From: Amoebidium appalachense
Lineage: Eukaryota; Protista; Ichthyosporea
DNA: 64,000 bases
NCBI GenBank assembly: GCA_963693365.1
Contig: CAVNZM010000010.1
Location: 7,193,794-7,257,793, forward strand
Direction of reading: 5' to 3'
The position numbers and the translations under genes were made by a program. The notes beneath the pieces were generated by a model. That model worked only from the letters and a program-made list of their open reading frames with translations. It was not told the DNA's origin and made no database searches. Below, piece by piece: positions 13,813 through 42,037 of the stretch; position 1 is the stretch's first letter, and each line of letters opens with the position of its first letter.

Positions 13813-15473
13813 CACACACACACACACCTTTCCCACCTTCCCCCCCCCCCCCACACACACACACACAAGCATATGAACACCATTATTAGCCCATGATTAG
13901 CTCGACACACACACACACACACACCATAATCCCCAATGGGCACATACACACACCATTATCAGGTTGCCGGCATATGGTGCAGCCAGGATGGGAACGGGCA
14001 GGGGCAGGCTGTCTCTGAGCATCAGCACGAGGTCTGGGTGCAGCGCCTGTGTGCTGGTGGTCAGCGTGCTGTATGGTGTGTGCATGTGCACAGAAATAAA
14101 AGCGCCTGTGTGCTGGTGGTCAGCGTGCTGTATGGTGTGTGCATGTGCACAGAAATAAAAGCGCCTGTGTGCTGGTGGTCAGCGTGCTGTATGGTGTGTG
14201 CATGTGCACAGAAATAAAAGCGCCTGTGTGCTGGTGGTCAGCGTGCTGTATGGTGTGTGCATGTGCACAGAAATAAAAGCGCCTGTGTGCTGGTAGTCAG
14301 CGTGCTGTATGGTGTGTGCATGTGCACAGAAATAAAAGCGCCTGTGTGCTGGTGGTCAGCGTGCTGTATGGTGTGTGCATGTGCACAGAAATAAAAGCGC
14401 CTGTGTGCTGGTGGTCAGCGTGCTGTATGGTGTGTGCATGTGCACAGAAATAAGAGTGTGGTGCCTCCCTGGCACACAGGCACGGGCACACCAAATCCTT
14501 GTAGGCATGAACCATCTACCACCCACACGTACAAACACGACCAAAATCGACAAAACTATCCAAGTGCTTACGACTAGGGAAATAATTACACACCCACCAT
14601 CCGAACACCACACTCTTGTGTAGCTAGCACTCCACATGACCTAAAACATCATAGCACGCATACCTGACGCTGTGGAGTTGGGGCTGGTGCAGGGTTCGAT
14701 GGGACCTGAAAGGCGCTCCCCAGCTGCATACTCTCCTGCACTGCTACAAACACGAGGGTTAGGTTTCATAAGAAGCACACAGCATATCCTGACAAAATGT
14801 GTGTTCGCAACATGCAGATGCAGTGTGAGGAATGGCACGATGAGAAAGGACACACCCCGTAAAGCAAAAGAAAAGAGGGGGGAGGGGGGGATGGGGAGGG
14901 ACCGACACAGAGCCTTCTTGAAAATATTCTTGGGTTCTGTTATAGTAACACCACTGATATAAGGTGCTATCAACGTGCGCTTCTGCATGGCCCTAGCTCA
15001 TGCACTTAGTGATACCACACCAATGAACGAGATGGGGAAGTGTACCACCCCCCGTATATTATGATCGAGTACAGATCATCGAACATTGTACAAATCAAAG
15101 CCGCCCCAAAAAGCTAAACACCATCAATCTTTGAGGACGATAAAGACATACATATTCATGCAAACGTTCATGTGCCTATATGCATCTACCCTACAGGGCG
15201 CACATAACCATCACCTCACATCCATATCTAACTCGTAGCAACCAGGTACAGCGATTTGGGTTTCTAGACCGGGTTCTGAAACTTCTCATGCTTTCGAACC
15301 ACTAGGTGGCCCTGCTGCGCCAGTGCTTGCGAGGCATGTTCGGGAGTTTGTGTCTCTGCCGTTTTCCCCCTTCCCCATCGTCCCTTTTTGCATCTCATCT
15401 TCTTCTTCTAACACTACCAGGCTTGCATCTCCTGCGCCACTGACCCCGTCTCCCTATCTAACTCTCTCTCTTT

Positions 15474-15516
<43 letters not shown>

Positions 15517-16710
15517 TCTCTCCCCGTTATGCTGACAAACCGCCCACCCCTGGGTTTTACAGTTCCGCTGTAGCCATGAAAACTCTCTACAAGCACATGC
15601 ATGTGGCCTTGTGGTTCCTGCAAATAAAGCGGTTGTTTGTGTATCATTGAAAAGAGCTTTGTGTGGCTAATGAGAGAACGGCATGTAGAGTGGGGCAGCC
15701 TTTGTCCTTGTGAAATGACTCAGGCTGTGTGCACCTGCACATTTGTACGTGTGACAAGGTCACCATATACTTCTTTTTACTCCGCGCAAGTGTAGATGTG
15801 TGCAAGTAGATTCATACACAAGACAGGTCCCTGTCCATGAAACAGCACCATAATGGCGCTCTAAAATATGCATTTGCATATGGTAGGAAGCAGTCCTATG
15901 CATGAAGCACTAGCCGATGCCCGATGCTAGGCCAAACCAGGAAGAGGACGGGGGAAAGTGAAGAGAAAAGGGGAGGCGTGGAGAGGGGGGGGGGGGGGGG
16001 GGGGGGGGGGGGAGGAGAGGGGTCAGAAGCTTAGAGAGTAGGGCGGGCAGTGCATGGACTAACCACAAAAGTGAGTGTAATCAGTTCATCGATGCATAAC
16101 ACTGCATGAGTGTGGGTTTTATATACACAAGCCCCCCTTGTGTAGGTTTAGTATAGTACTATATTGCGAGGTACGAGGAGAAGTGATCGCATGGTGTGCT
16201 TTGGAAGCGATAAAAAAGGTAGTAACTACTGGATGGTTTCGGTCCGACACATTAGGCCCTAAAACGGAGCAGTGATTGAGAAACAAGCACCCGAAAAGAG
16301 CATTCAATTTTATTAATTGCTTATACAGCCTTCGAATTGATCGTAAAAAAACTTTAGCTTTGTTCTTTCTATGTACTCCTCCTCTCTCTGTGGCCTCAGT
16401 GTTTTCTCTCTCTGAACACAATTCTAGCGAACATGCGATCTCCACGCGTGGCTGCGACCTCGGCTTGGCCGGCTATATGTCCATTTCAACCTGGAATTGG
16501 GAGAACGTGTGACGTCATACATCAAGGCCGTGTAATATAACAAGTGTGTGGGGAGTGGGGATAGTGTGTGTGTGTGTCGGGAGTCAAGGGGAATGCTGGA
16601 GGAGGAAGGGGGAGGGGGGGGGGAGGGGGGGGGAGGGGGGGGGGGGAGGGAGGGAGGGAGGAGTCCGGTTTCCTTAATATTACTTCACGCCACACCAAGA
16701 AGAGGCATCC

Positions 16711-16756
<46 letters not shown>

Positions 16757-16912
16757 GTCGTGGTGGTATGTGTGTGTGTGCGTGGGGGGGGGGGGGGGGG
16801 GGGGGAGGAGGGGGGGGGAGGGGGGGGGGGGGGGGGAGGAATAGGGTTAACTATTTTTGTTGCTTGCAAACGTCGTTGAGCCGTGATGCGCGCTCGTGTG
16901 TGTGTGTGTGCA

Positions 16913-16990
<78 letters not shown>

Positions 16991-17581
16991 TGTGTGTGTG
17001 TTTGTGTGTGTGTGCGCGCGCGCGTGTGTGTGCGTGCCGGCATATGCGTGCAGGTGTGCGCGTGTTTGTGTGTGTGTGGGGGGGGGGGGGGGGATGGGGG
17101 GGAGGGGGGGGGGGGGAGGGAGGGGGAAAGGAGGGGGGGGGGGGGGGGGGGGGCTCAGAGAATGTTACACTGCACGACGCACAAGAGCACATTGGATAAC
17201 GTAATGCACATGTGCAAAAACGACAACACACAGATCACGAAAGTGCTGTAAAGCCCTTTCTCAGTTCAGACCCAGGTCATGCACAATGTCCGTGTTTCAA
17301 CCTACCCCCGGGGGGTGGGGGTCTGGTGTGTATGCGTGCGTGTGTGTGTGTGCGTGTGTGTGCACGCGCGCTTCTGTGTTTGTGTGTGTTTTTTTTTTTG
17401 GGGGGGGGGGGGGAGGAGGGGGGGGGGAGGAGGGGGGGGATGTGTTAAAGTATAGAGTACAACGTGCACATATACCGCACAACACAATGCAGATTGCAAA
17501 CCACACATAAAGAGTATGCATCGAAAGCAGAGCCCATCCTCGGGGGGGCCTGGGCCAGGTCATCAAAAACATCCGCTCAAA

Positions 17582-17618
<37 letters not shown>

Positions 17619-18412
17619 ACATACCCTCTGCTGGTTGTTGCTGCATGACGGGCTGAGCCATCTGGGCCTGGTGCTGGTGCATGTGTTGGCTCTGATGTTG
17701 CACCATGGCCTCAAATGCAAACGGCCCAAAAAAAGTTGCCTGACGCGGAAATACAAGAAGGGGTTGCCGGCGCTTGGGCCCCGTGTTGACACTATGGGGG
17801 GGGGGGGGAGGGGGGGAAGGGGGGTATAGGGTTTGTGTGATGGTCGGTGTGGATGTGTGGATATGAGGATGAAGAGCCAACGAAGAGCCAACGGGTTTAT
17901 ACGGGTGGGTGCATGAGGGAGTGCGAGTTCATGCATACGGGTGATGTAGTGTGTGTGTGTGTGTGTGTTGCGTCTGTGTGCATGCCTGTGTGTGGTTCGA
18001 TGTTGCGAAGAACAAAAACGGAGGGTAGGGAACATTGGAGGGGTACCGTAAGACATAAACACATCCCGCTCGAACGCCGCAAGCCACTGTAGGTGTGCAA
18101 GGTGTGGGGCCGATTGCTAATTGGTATGCAATAGTTGTGTGCTTTCCAGCAAGAGTGGGCATCAAAAGCCACACCTCACTATGCTGGTATTACCCTGTCT
18201 CTTACCCATCCCCCCCCCCCCCCCCCCCCCCCCCCCCCACTCCCCCTCCCCGCACGGCTTCCGCGCAGTCAAGAAACCTAGACATTTGTCGCTCCACACA
18301 AAACATACAACATGTCCATCACTGCTGCACCGGCCGCCGATAGAGCACCCCAAGCACTCATATTTCACACCATGCCCCGACCATCCGAACCATCATCACG
18401 TGCCCCCCCCCC

Positions 18413-18443
<31 letters not shown>

Positions 18444-21176
18444 ACACACACGGCGCTCAAGACAACGAGGGAGGGAAACTACAGACAGGACAATGTGGAA
18501 AACACCACTGCATATGCACGACCACATAACACATACACACACGAACACACGCACACACGCGCGTCACACACACACACCACCCATACACACACACACACAC
18601 ACACACATACCTGCGCTGACGCTGCAAACCCATTGAAGCGCCAGGTCCCCCCAACCCCGAATTCTGCATAGCCCCAGGCTGCCTGCCGGCCCGACCACCC
18701 GTGCCCCCCTGCCCTCCCTCCGTGTGTTTTGCGCTTGCCTGCTCGTTTTCCTGTTCAGGCAACATATCCGCTAGTGTGCAAAATTCATCATCATCTGCTG
18801 GTGGCTTTTCTGGCGGAGGGTGAGTTGTCGGTGCCCTACTATCTATCCGTTGTCGTTTTCTTGAACTATTGTCGAACGGCGGGTCCAACTCTATATCCGC
18901 AAATGGATCCGTAGGGAGGGGAAGAATATCTACGGGGGGGGCAGCGGGTGGGGCTGTGGGGCCAAACATGCGCATAAACATATCCCTCCCACGTGCATAA
19001 TCCTGTGCCGCTTGGGGCGCTGGTGCGCTTGGCTGCGCATGTGTACGTGTGGGTGGGTGGGCGTCACTGGGGGCTGGGTGCGGGTGCGATTTCTGTTGCG
19101 TGGGTGCGGAAGGGGAAAGAGGGGCTGGAAGGTGTTCGCGTAGTTGTTGTTGTTGGTGTGCTAAAAATGATTCTAGGGTAACCCCGGTAGGTTGTTCTGA
19201 AGATGTGTCTTGGTTTGAGGGCATGGTGAGAGGAAACCCTGTACTCTTATGACACTCCGTAGTGGGTGGGTGTGTGGCCAAAGGTGATTTTTGTGGTTTT
19301 GCTGCTAGTGGTCGTGGTGTTGAGTTTTGTCGGACGGGTAAGTGTGGCGAGCGATGTATGGCAGGGGTGGGTGAGAGTGTGGCTTGTGCTTGTGCCCCTT
19401 TTCCCTGTGATTGTGAAACCCCACGTGTTTGCCCTTGCTCCGTTATCCTGGGACTAAGTACATAACCCTTCGATTGGGGTTGTGTTGGCTGGGAATTTGC
19501 AATCGGTGGATTTGGGACCACACTTGTGGGCTGTACTCTCTCCGTCTCCAAGGTGCCCGGTTCAGCAACATTCTGAAGACCCCTCTGTCGTGGTTGTGGT
19601 TGCAAATGTGGGGAATCCACCTTTTCCTGACCCCCAGTTTGCTTGTTTGTTTGCTCGTCATTTTGCTTGGTGGTTTCTATTTCTTTTTCTTTTTCCTGTT
19701 GTTGTTGTGGGGCGGGGGCGATTTGCTTGTGGCTAGCCCAGTAACGGGCTGTACGTGGGCAACTGCGTTTGTGACCCTTTTCCTTCCAGTCAAGCACCTG
19801 CACATGTTACATTTGTGCATTTGTTGTTAGCTTGGTCGCAGGGATATTGAGAATCATTTGCGGCAAGATACACGTACACATAAGGGCCGTATATGGCATG
19901 GGTAGAGCAGTAGATCAGGGGGGGGGGGGGGGGGTTGGGGAGTAAGGGGGCAGTATTCAGAACACAATATGGGTACAAATTTGTCATACGACACCTTGCG
20001 GCATGCAGCAAAGAAACAAACACACACGCGCACACACGCACACACATAAACAAACAAACACAGTATGCAACATGAGCGGAGCTCAGGCTCAGCAAGGACG
20101 CAAGTCCTCCGCAGTACCCGACCTTCGACTCATTCACCTCCATGTCCAACCCAACTCAAATACTGCCCCAATTGAACATAGGTAATCGCCTTGAACAGGC
20201 ACGAGCAGTGTCACTTACACAAGCAAACAGCAAAACAAAAGTAATCAGAAGCGCAAGGGGTTTGGGCTCAAGCTTCTGGGAAACTCCCAAGTCCTCTCAC
20301 GGCAAAGGTGTGGGGGAGAGAAGGGAGGGGGTGGGGGGAGGGGGGGATAGGTTTGAGAGTGCCTAAAAGAGCACGAACTACACATTTACGACGAACAACG
20401 CAATGCAGGTATTTTTTTTTGTTGGGAAGGGAGGGAGGTGGGGGGGGGGGGTTTTCACCTGGCAGTCTCTGGAGCAGTAGTCTCTCTCCATGCACTCGGG
20501 GCAGCGATACTTTGCCGGCTCGGTGCATATCACACACTCCGAGTCACCGACTGGTGCCCTGCTTTCCAGCATCAATTAGATGCTTGAACAACACCTAGAT
20601 CTCCGGGTATGTGCCATCTGTCCCGTGAAGGCAAACCAATCTATGTATGCCTTGATGTTATCATGCGGGTCCCTCCCCTCTCCCCCCCTCCCCCCCCCAC
20701 CCCCCTCCCCCCACTCAAACACCCCCCCCCCCCCCCCCCCCCCACCCTCCCCAACCAAAACGATTAAACATGCTCACACGAACTACAAAGTAGCACCTGA
20801 AAACACCTTTTTTTGAACATCTTCTCAACCCCCTCCCCCCCCCCTCTCCCAAAAAAAACTCCCCCACTCTAAGTCCCAAACCCCTCATGTCATCCTCTAG
20901 ATCATCCGCGCCCCCTCCCTCCCCCAGCTGTCGCCTTTCCTCGTGCCCTAAACAGCTCAGAAAAGATAACTGGGTGACCAGGGATGGGAGAGCGAGAAGG
21001 GTGTGGAGAAGACAAGATTCAAACAAACTGCGCGCATCAAAACTCGAGAATTAAAGCGGAAGAACGAAAAATAGTAGCACAAAAAAGAGACCCTTCTAGT
21101 TTCGCCAACACGTTTCATATCTCTTTGTATAACTTTTGACAAATACATACCCGGCATGATTGGATTCCTCCGCCAT
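3649..21176 (-). CDS. Multi-exon chromatin protein: zf-MYND - disordered linker - DDT - PHD - WHIM1 - WHIM2/WHIM3 (ISWI-partner, BAZ/BPTF-like module), ~1200 aa
   Basis: Start CACCATGG at 21176. GT-AG exons, phase-compatible down to 4403: 21176-21151, 20558-20459, 19797-18611, 17791-17625, 15617-15541 (weakest), 14735-14664, 14046-13954, 13466-13400, 12894-12746, 12195-12070, 11440-10922, 10430-10353, 9922-9848, 9454-9343, 9049-8954, 6643-6500, 5966-5891, 5181-4990, 4537-4403, ~3906-3801, 3682-3649 (last two uncertain). Motifs: [43 protein letters not shown]; [37 protein letters not shown]; [48 protein letters not shown]; WHIM1 [31 protein letters not shown]; WHIM2 [25 protein letters not shown]; WHIM3 [15 protein letters not shown]. 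Confidence 0.78.
6688..7596. mobile_element. Non-autonomous TIR DNA transposon in an intron, carrying a Lys-rich ORF remnant
   Basis: Perfect 26-bp inverted termini GACTATGACCCCGCAATGGGCGGATG (6688-6713) / CATCCGCCCATTGCGGGGTCATAGTC (7571-7596), extending to ~33 bp with 2 mismatches; interior lacks host microsatellites; plus-strand [12 protein letters not shown]... to 7244. TSD not resolved. Confidence 0.8.
7925..8900. repeat. 40-bp minisatellite, about 24 copies, intronic
   Basis: Unit CAGTGTGTGCCTATGTGTGTATGCATGCACGGGTTTGTCT in tandem; variant units recur at 240-bp spacing. Confidence 0.95.
10353..11440 (-). CDS. PHD-finger exons of the DDT/WHIM gene
   Basis: C4HC3 pattern split over exons 11440-10922 and 10430-10353 (CEYC...[21 protein letters not shown]|[11 protein letters not shown]). 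Confidence 0.9.
14042..14453. repeat. 59-bp minisatellite, 7 copies, each containing a minus-strand branch point and 3' splice site
   Basis: Unit AGCGCCTGTGTGCTGGTGGTCAGCGTGCTGTATGGTGTGTGCATGTGCACAGAAATAAA; the minus strand reads GCTGAC...CACAG|GCGCT. Confidence 0.95.
17440..17570 (-). mobile_element. 5'-truncated copy of the poly(C)-ended element
   Basis: Plus strand AAAGAGTATGCATCGAAAGCAGAGCCCATCCTCGGGGGGGCC matches 33880-33920. Confidence 0.7.
19750..20558 (-). CDS. MYND zinc-finger exons
   Basis: CxxC-x7-CxxC-x5-C-x3-CQ in exon 20558-20459 joined in phase 0 to [13 protein letters not shown] at 19797. Confidence 0.85.
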
Positions 21177-22489
21177 GGTGCAGGATCACACCTGCCCGAG
21201 CTGCACGAGTGTCAGCGTTAGTCGTGGCCTTGGCCCATCTATATGCGGGGATAGAGTAAGGGGGAAGAGGGAAGGAAGGGAGATGGTGAGGGAGATGAAC
21301 GGGCAGGAGGGGGGGGGGGGGGGGGGGGGGGAGGGGGGGGGGGGGGGGGGGGGGGAGGAGGGAAGAGAGAGGGAGAGAGAGTGTGTGTGTGGTGTGGGTG
21401 TGGCTCTCGGATAACCTATAGCGTATTTAGAAGACGAAAGTGGCACAAGAAAGAGGATACTTCATGTGTCGTATTTGGTTGCTGCAGCTTTGTGTTGTGC
21501 CCTGGATACACAACTGGCGTATGTGCACTAGGGTAAAGGAAATACTTGTTTCAGTCTATCACATAAGCATTAGGGATAGATTTGGGGAAAACAGTATGAT
21601 CCATCTACCGAGGATGGGCATGGAATGCCACTGTAAGTCTGTATCACCCTTCCGTTGTACAGAATAGGCGCTCTTCAACATGCACTTACAACTGAGCACC
21701 AGACTCCCCGTGTAGCTCGCTCAAGTGTGATGTGATTACCAATAAATATTCATCACAGCTGTCTGCTGCACACAGGTCCATATCCAGCACAGCCGAGATG
21801 GTCTTTATCTGTGAACAGGTCATGCTTAAGGGATTCTCTTTCTGCCCAGCAACAGCACATGACTGTCTCTCAGTTAGAATGAAGCATACATAGAGCTTAC
21901 ACGCACATCATGATATGAGTTGTTGATCCAACCAAGACGTACCTTGATCACGAGTCGTTTCCCTGATGGTCAGTGTCGTATGCGTGTACAAGCTATAATC
22001 ATAAAACATTGCGCTCACTATCAATGCGACTTGTACGCGTTCTGTGTGCTCGCGCGTACGCAAGGCGACAGTTTTTCTGGCACGCACCACAGTGTGTTGT
22101 ATACATTTTCGTGCATGTGAAACACGGGCATGGGTGTGTTTTAAATTTTTAAAGTATGTGATATCACGAGCAAGATCTCGACACGGATAGTATAAAGACA
22201 CAAATGGTATAAGGTCTGTGTTGGTGATCGCTGTCTGGCTGTGCTGGGTATTCAAGAAGTGGTCGTGCACAAATCTGCAAGCCTACTGAGTAATGTAACT
22301 GTACGCGTACGGCCAAGTCAGGACAAAGCCTAAAATCGACGGATTATTGCCTTTCTTACGTGCACACCGACCTTATTGCCAAAATATAGAGGCTGCAGGT
22401 GAAACCTGGGGATGTAAGCTTGTACAAAGCTCGTGATCAACATGTTGCCTAAAGCACTCTGGACTTCTGTATGCACATCACCCTAGGTT

Positions 22490-23745
22490 TCAATATATTC
22501 TTCACATACACCCATGCCAATCCGCTTTTCGTAAGAACAATTCATGTTATGTTGAAATAATGGCACTGCACGATTCTATGCAAGTTGGTGCACGATATGT
22601 TGGCTTTATTGATTGGAAAACTGCTTACGATTCTGTCTCCCCTGGTCTCCTATGGGAAAAGCTTGCTGCACGGGGTGTATGTACCACACTGCATTGGTCT
22701 GTTGGTGTTCTGTTAGAAGCACTCTTGTCTCAAACCTATGGTAGAGCTGTGGTTAATGGGCATCTTTCATATGGTTTTGCTCGTACCGTGTCTCTTGCAG
22801 GGTTCATTGCTTAGCCCCTTTTTGTTTAACCTATCTACCCCTTCTCGCCGCTTTGATCAAGAGAGAGAGAACTAGAGCGCTTAAACTCTTGGCAAATTTC
22901 CTTGAAGCAGAAGTTGCCTCCTTTCTATCTAACAACTGTTGTAAACCTGGGCCTGTAAAGCTCTCGATATATGGTCTGGTCCCAATAGCTGTTAGAGTAT
23001 CCCATCTCGCGCTGAAATTCAATAAGCACATAAGCCGCTTAAAGAAATATTTGCCCTCCCACCCTCTCTTCTCAATCCGACCTGTCCCCTCCTCATCTCT
23101 CCCCTCTTTCCTTCCCTCTCTCTCTCCTTCTCCCCCGGGCACAAATACAAATAAACCCCGCAAAAGTGTGCGTGTGACTTTGGACTGCCAGTTACTTATT
23201 AAACATGTACACAATCACAAGATAATCACGCAATACTAATAAATGGAAAAAGATACCACACGACACTAGACCCGATGAAAGCAGACACCTTGAAAAACTA
23301 AGCCTTATGTCTCGTTTTATAGATAATGACCGCCTTAACCATATTGCCAAATATGGCACTCGCAAATGTATAACATCTAAATACATATTACCTTCCTGTA
23401 GAACTGGTCTTTCTCTAGCTGTACGGTATTGTTGATCAATTACCACTCTTTTACTGTACACGTGCTATACAGTGGAGATCATGCTAATAAGTATAAGGTG
23501 GCATCGTTTGCATGCCCAAACAACACACACACACACCAGTTTAAACGGTCATGTATCGCCAAATGTAGTTTGATAGACCACATAATACCGCAACACACAC
23601 ACGTCACATTCACAACAGACACCCAGAAAGATAGCCTACCTGTAAATTACAACATCCTCAGTTGATTTTATACTAAACACGCGTAACTACAACCTGTTTA
23701 TTAGATGTATTGATTGGCTTGAGAAACACACATTACAAAATTCTA

Positions 23746-23832
<87 letters not shown>

Positions 23833-23861
23833 ACCAGCTGATACCGAGTGTCCCAGGGGAG

Positions 23862-23904
<43 letters not shown>

Positions 23905-24115
23905 AAAAAAAATAATAATAATAAAAACGGGGAACCCCAACTAATTGATTTTTCTTAGTCTTTATGGTGTCCCGTAGAGAAAGTAAACCCTGATATATAT
24001 ATCACCCGACATCTATGTACGTGATCATGATATACCGCTGAGGGGATATTCCGAGCAAAAACCCCCCATACCTGAGACTGGTATCTCTTTGCCTCGAGTA
24101 AACAGCATAAACCCC
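22490..24115 (+). mobile_element. Degenerate 5'-truncated LINE-type retrotransposon copy with internal deletion
   Basis: RT motifs HPCQSAFRKNNSC...FIDWKTAYDSV...LLWEKL; from ~22728 nearly identical to the copy at 49994-51837 but lacking ~455 nt including YADD (junction ~22833), plus frameshifts and stops; same 3' UTR ending AGCATAAACCCC. Confidence 0.9.
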
Positions 24116-25124
24116 AAAAGTACATGCCCTGTCACCTTCCACTATCATGTGATCAGACTCCGAAATGGATATCATGCATCTGAGATCGCAACACTGCACA
24201 CCAGGCGCCGGCACACAGGTACGTAACGTGACACATGCATACACTTTGTGTGTGAGCTGCATAAATAAGGACATATATACGTACGATGCACTGTAGTATA
24301 ATTGACCAAGGCCATAGTTGCACCACAGACACAGTAGCTCAATATGCAAAGTCTTGGGACACCAGACCAATGATAAGTTTCTAGTGACTGAGTATATCTG
24401 CAAACTAACAAGTGTACATGTACACATATCAAGGCCCGTGCATACCGCAAGGTCCTCACAGAGGCTTAAATTTAAAAGTCACATACATGCACGTGGACTC
24501 CAGGATCTGAGTATACACTGCTGGTGGCACGAAACGTAACACGCCGCCAGAAAAGAGTTTACCGTGCACTAGTGTTCTCATACGACCATATGCAGGTCGT
24601 TTTAAAATTGCGATTGAGATTCATCATACTCCTTGTTTCTTGTACAGTATCACAAAGTGAGATAATAAAGGTTGCATGCTATCTATGCACCTAGTATGTA
24701 GCACGTTGGATCAGAGCAATCATACATCGATATCCCCCCCACCCCCAATGGAGTTATACCTTACAGTACATAGAACAAAGTGAAGTCTTAATAAGTTGGG
24801 AGTTCTATGCACATCATGGCATAGATATAGAATATCAGTATTAAAATTTACATGTGCAAGTACATTCGTACAATAAAAAACGACTTACGGTAGTACGTGG
24901 CAGGATTTGATCTAGGCTACACTAAAACTACACACAAGGCATATCTAACATTGCCATCAAGAAACGAGCGGTGAAAGAAGTGCAGGTCCTAATTAGGCTC
25001 GCCCACACTACCTAAAAGAGGTGGGATAAAGCAGTACATTCGTAACCAGCATTTTGATTTTCTTCCAAACGTGTGTATGTAATAGATTGTTTAATCTCTG
25101 TGTTCAGGCTGAGGTTGCTATGGC

Positions 25125-40043
<14,919 letters not shown>

Positions 40044-40845
40044 GAAAGGAAATTAAGTCGAGCTGGCTGGCCATGATCGATTCTTCCCTTCCTCTCCTCC
40101 ATCCCCATACCACACCCACCCCAACCCACTTTTCTTCTCACGAGCGCCTCCACCTCGCCTTTAATCGCACCGAACCCTCTTTTTGTCCTTTTCTCACCTA
40201 TTTTCACACATAGGGAGTTGGTATAGGAGAAGCAACTGAGGGAAGCCCTACATATATACGTGGAGAAAAAGAAAAAAAGGAGAGGAAAAGGCAGTGGTGC
40301 AGTGTTGGGAAGAAAAGAGCAAACATGGTTATAAAGCAATAAAACCCCCATGTAGTTCTCTCTCCCAGACCCACCTTGCCTGTCTATGCCCTCAAGCACC
40401 CACATCTTGTGAAGAAGTGTGTCGCTCGCTTAGGGGTTCAGGATTCCCTCGCAATCGTCTACATGTCTTTGCTTGCCTGGCCCGATGTGGTTTGCAACTC
40501 AGCACAAGCCCCCCGGGCTGTCAATCACTTACTATAGGGCTGTGTCTTTCCACAAATAATGGGGTGGTTTTAGCTATTGTGAGCTCTAGCATAATACATG
40601 CTTGTGGTGTGGTACAGGTGTGGTACATGGACGTCCGGCTGTGGGTGGCATCAGCCAAGTGCACTATCAACAGCTCACACCCCCTGTGAGAAGTTAATGT
40701 TAATGCATCTATAACACAAGTGAAAAGAAATTTTGGTGGTTTCGCCTGGCTTCAATTGCGTTTGTCAACTGCAAAGGTAGCGCCTTGCCCCTGTTTCCGG
40801 TTTTACGTCAACTAAGAAATGAAACACTTTCTTGAAGTTTGGGAG

Positions 40846-40882
40846 TTTTCCCGCCATTTCTTGTAAGACGATTTGTGATTGG
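40846..40882. promoter_or_regulatory. Candidate E2F site plus CCAAT box between divergent NBS1 and COX6B
   Basis: TTTTCCCGCC at 40846-40855 (E2F consensus TTTSSCGC) and ATTGG at 40878-40882 in microsatellite-poor intergenic DNA. Short motifs, so chance is possible. Confidence 0.35.
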
Positions 40883-42037
40883 TCAAACATGGATTATCAT
40901 ATTTGCAGAAAATCCTGCTATACTATGCCGGTAAATCTCAACAGCCCAAGGCTCACAGCTGCAGGTGTATTCATACCATAATAATGTTTTGCTTGTTTGA
41001 TTTTTGGCTGCTAAATTATACTTTTTGAATTGATTTTGCGCATAGAAAACCATATATGTATAAATGACATACATGCCAAGCTAGCGCTTCTATCTTCTAG
41101 ATCGATATAGGGGGCACCCAGGCTCTCTAAACTTGCGCAACTTTTCGTAAGTAAAATCACATCCAATAGGAGATGAGCATACCTGCACCTAATATGCTCG
41201 TCACGTGACCTTCTCCATGCCTTTTTGGTGGGGGCGAGCATACTTGCGACAGAAAACGCTAGAAAAGGGCCGGCGGGTGTGCGCGCGGAGACAGGCAAGA
41301 CTCGCTTCTTCGTTTTCTGTGTGGAACACGGGCTGCCTCCCTGGTAGGCGCTTTCTCCCGCACAGGCACAAGGGGGTGGGCTAGTGTAGAGTATGGTGGG
41401 GGGGGTAGAACGTTTATGCTGGTCATGTACTTGAGTTCGGGTTTTTTTTTTCCGGAACAGAATCAGCCATTTCGGCGGTTTTATCGCCTGTGTACCCAGG
41501 GCTGGTTTGAGAGTGGACGAATGCATGGAGGGTTATACTTTGTTCTATGTTTCGGGTCTTCGCCGTCACCGTTATTCTGAGCACTTGTCACCACCTTTTC
41601 ATAAAAAAAACGATCACCTGGACTATTTTTCAGGACGAAAACGGAACAGTCTTTACGTGGTTAGGGCCGTTTCCGATGTTCGAGCCTCTGAGGGTACTTG
41701 GGGTGGTCGAAAACAGAGGGGAAGAGATAAACCTATTTCACAGAGCAGGTTTCATGTTGGCAATTCGAACCACTGGGCAGGTGGAACATCGTGCGCCCCC
41801 CTAAGCGAAGTTGTTATACTGCTTGGGTGATGCCTGAGCAGCAAGTTTTTCTCGTCTCCAAGACTTAGTACGGGATTTATACGCACTACGATTTCTGTGG
41901 GCCGCACCAGTATCTCATTGCAGGCTCTTTTTTTGGTTTTTAGGTCAGCAATTTCTTTTGTTTAGGTGTTTGTGTTGCAAAAGTGCATGCAGTTGATGTT
42001 TGTTTATACACTTCCAGGTCTTCTATCAACCGCAAAA

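Noticed and set aside
16160-16480. Possible MITE (GATCGCATG / CATGCGATC inverted words around an AT-rich core)
   Set aside because: Only 6-9 bp matches, no clear TIR or TSD.
20870-20955. Possible extra exon CLGHEERRQ...GLGLR in the MYND gene
   Set aside because: Ends in phase 0 whereas the MYND exon needs phase 2; exon 1 joins directly without it.
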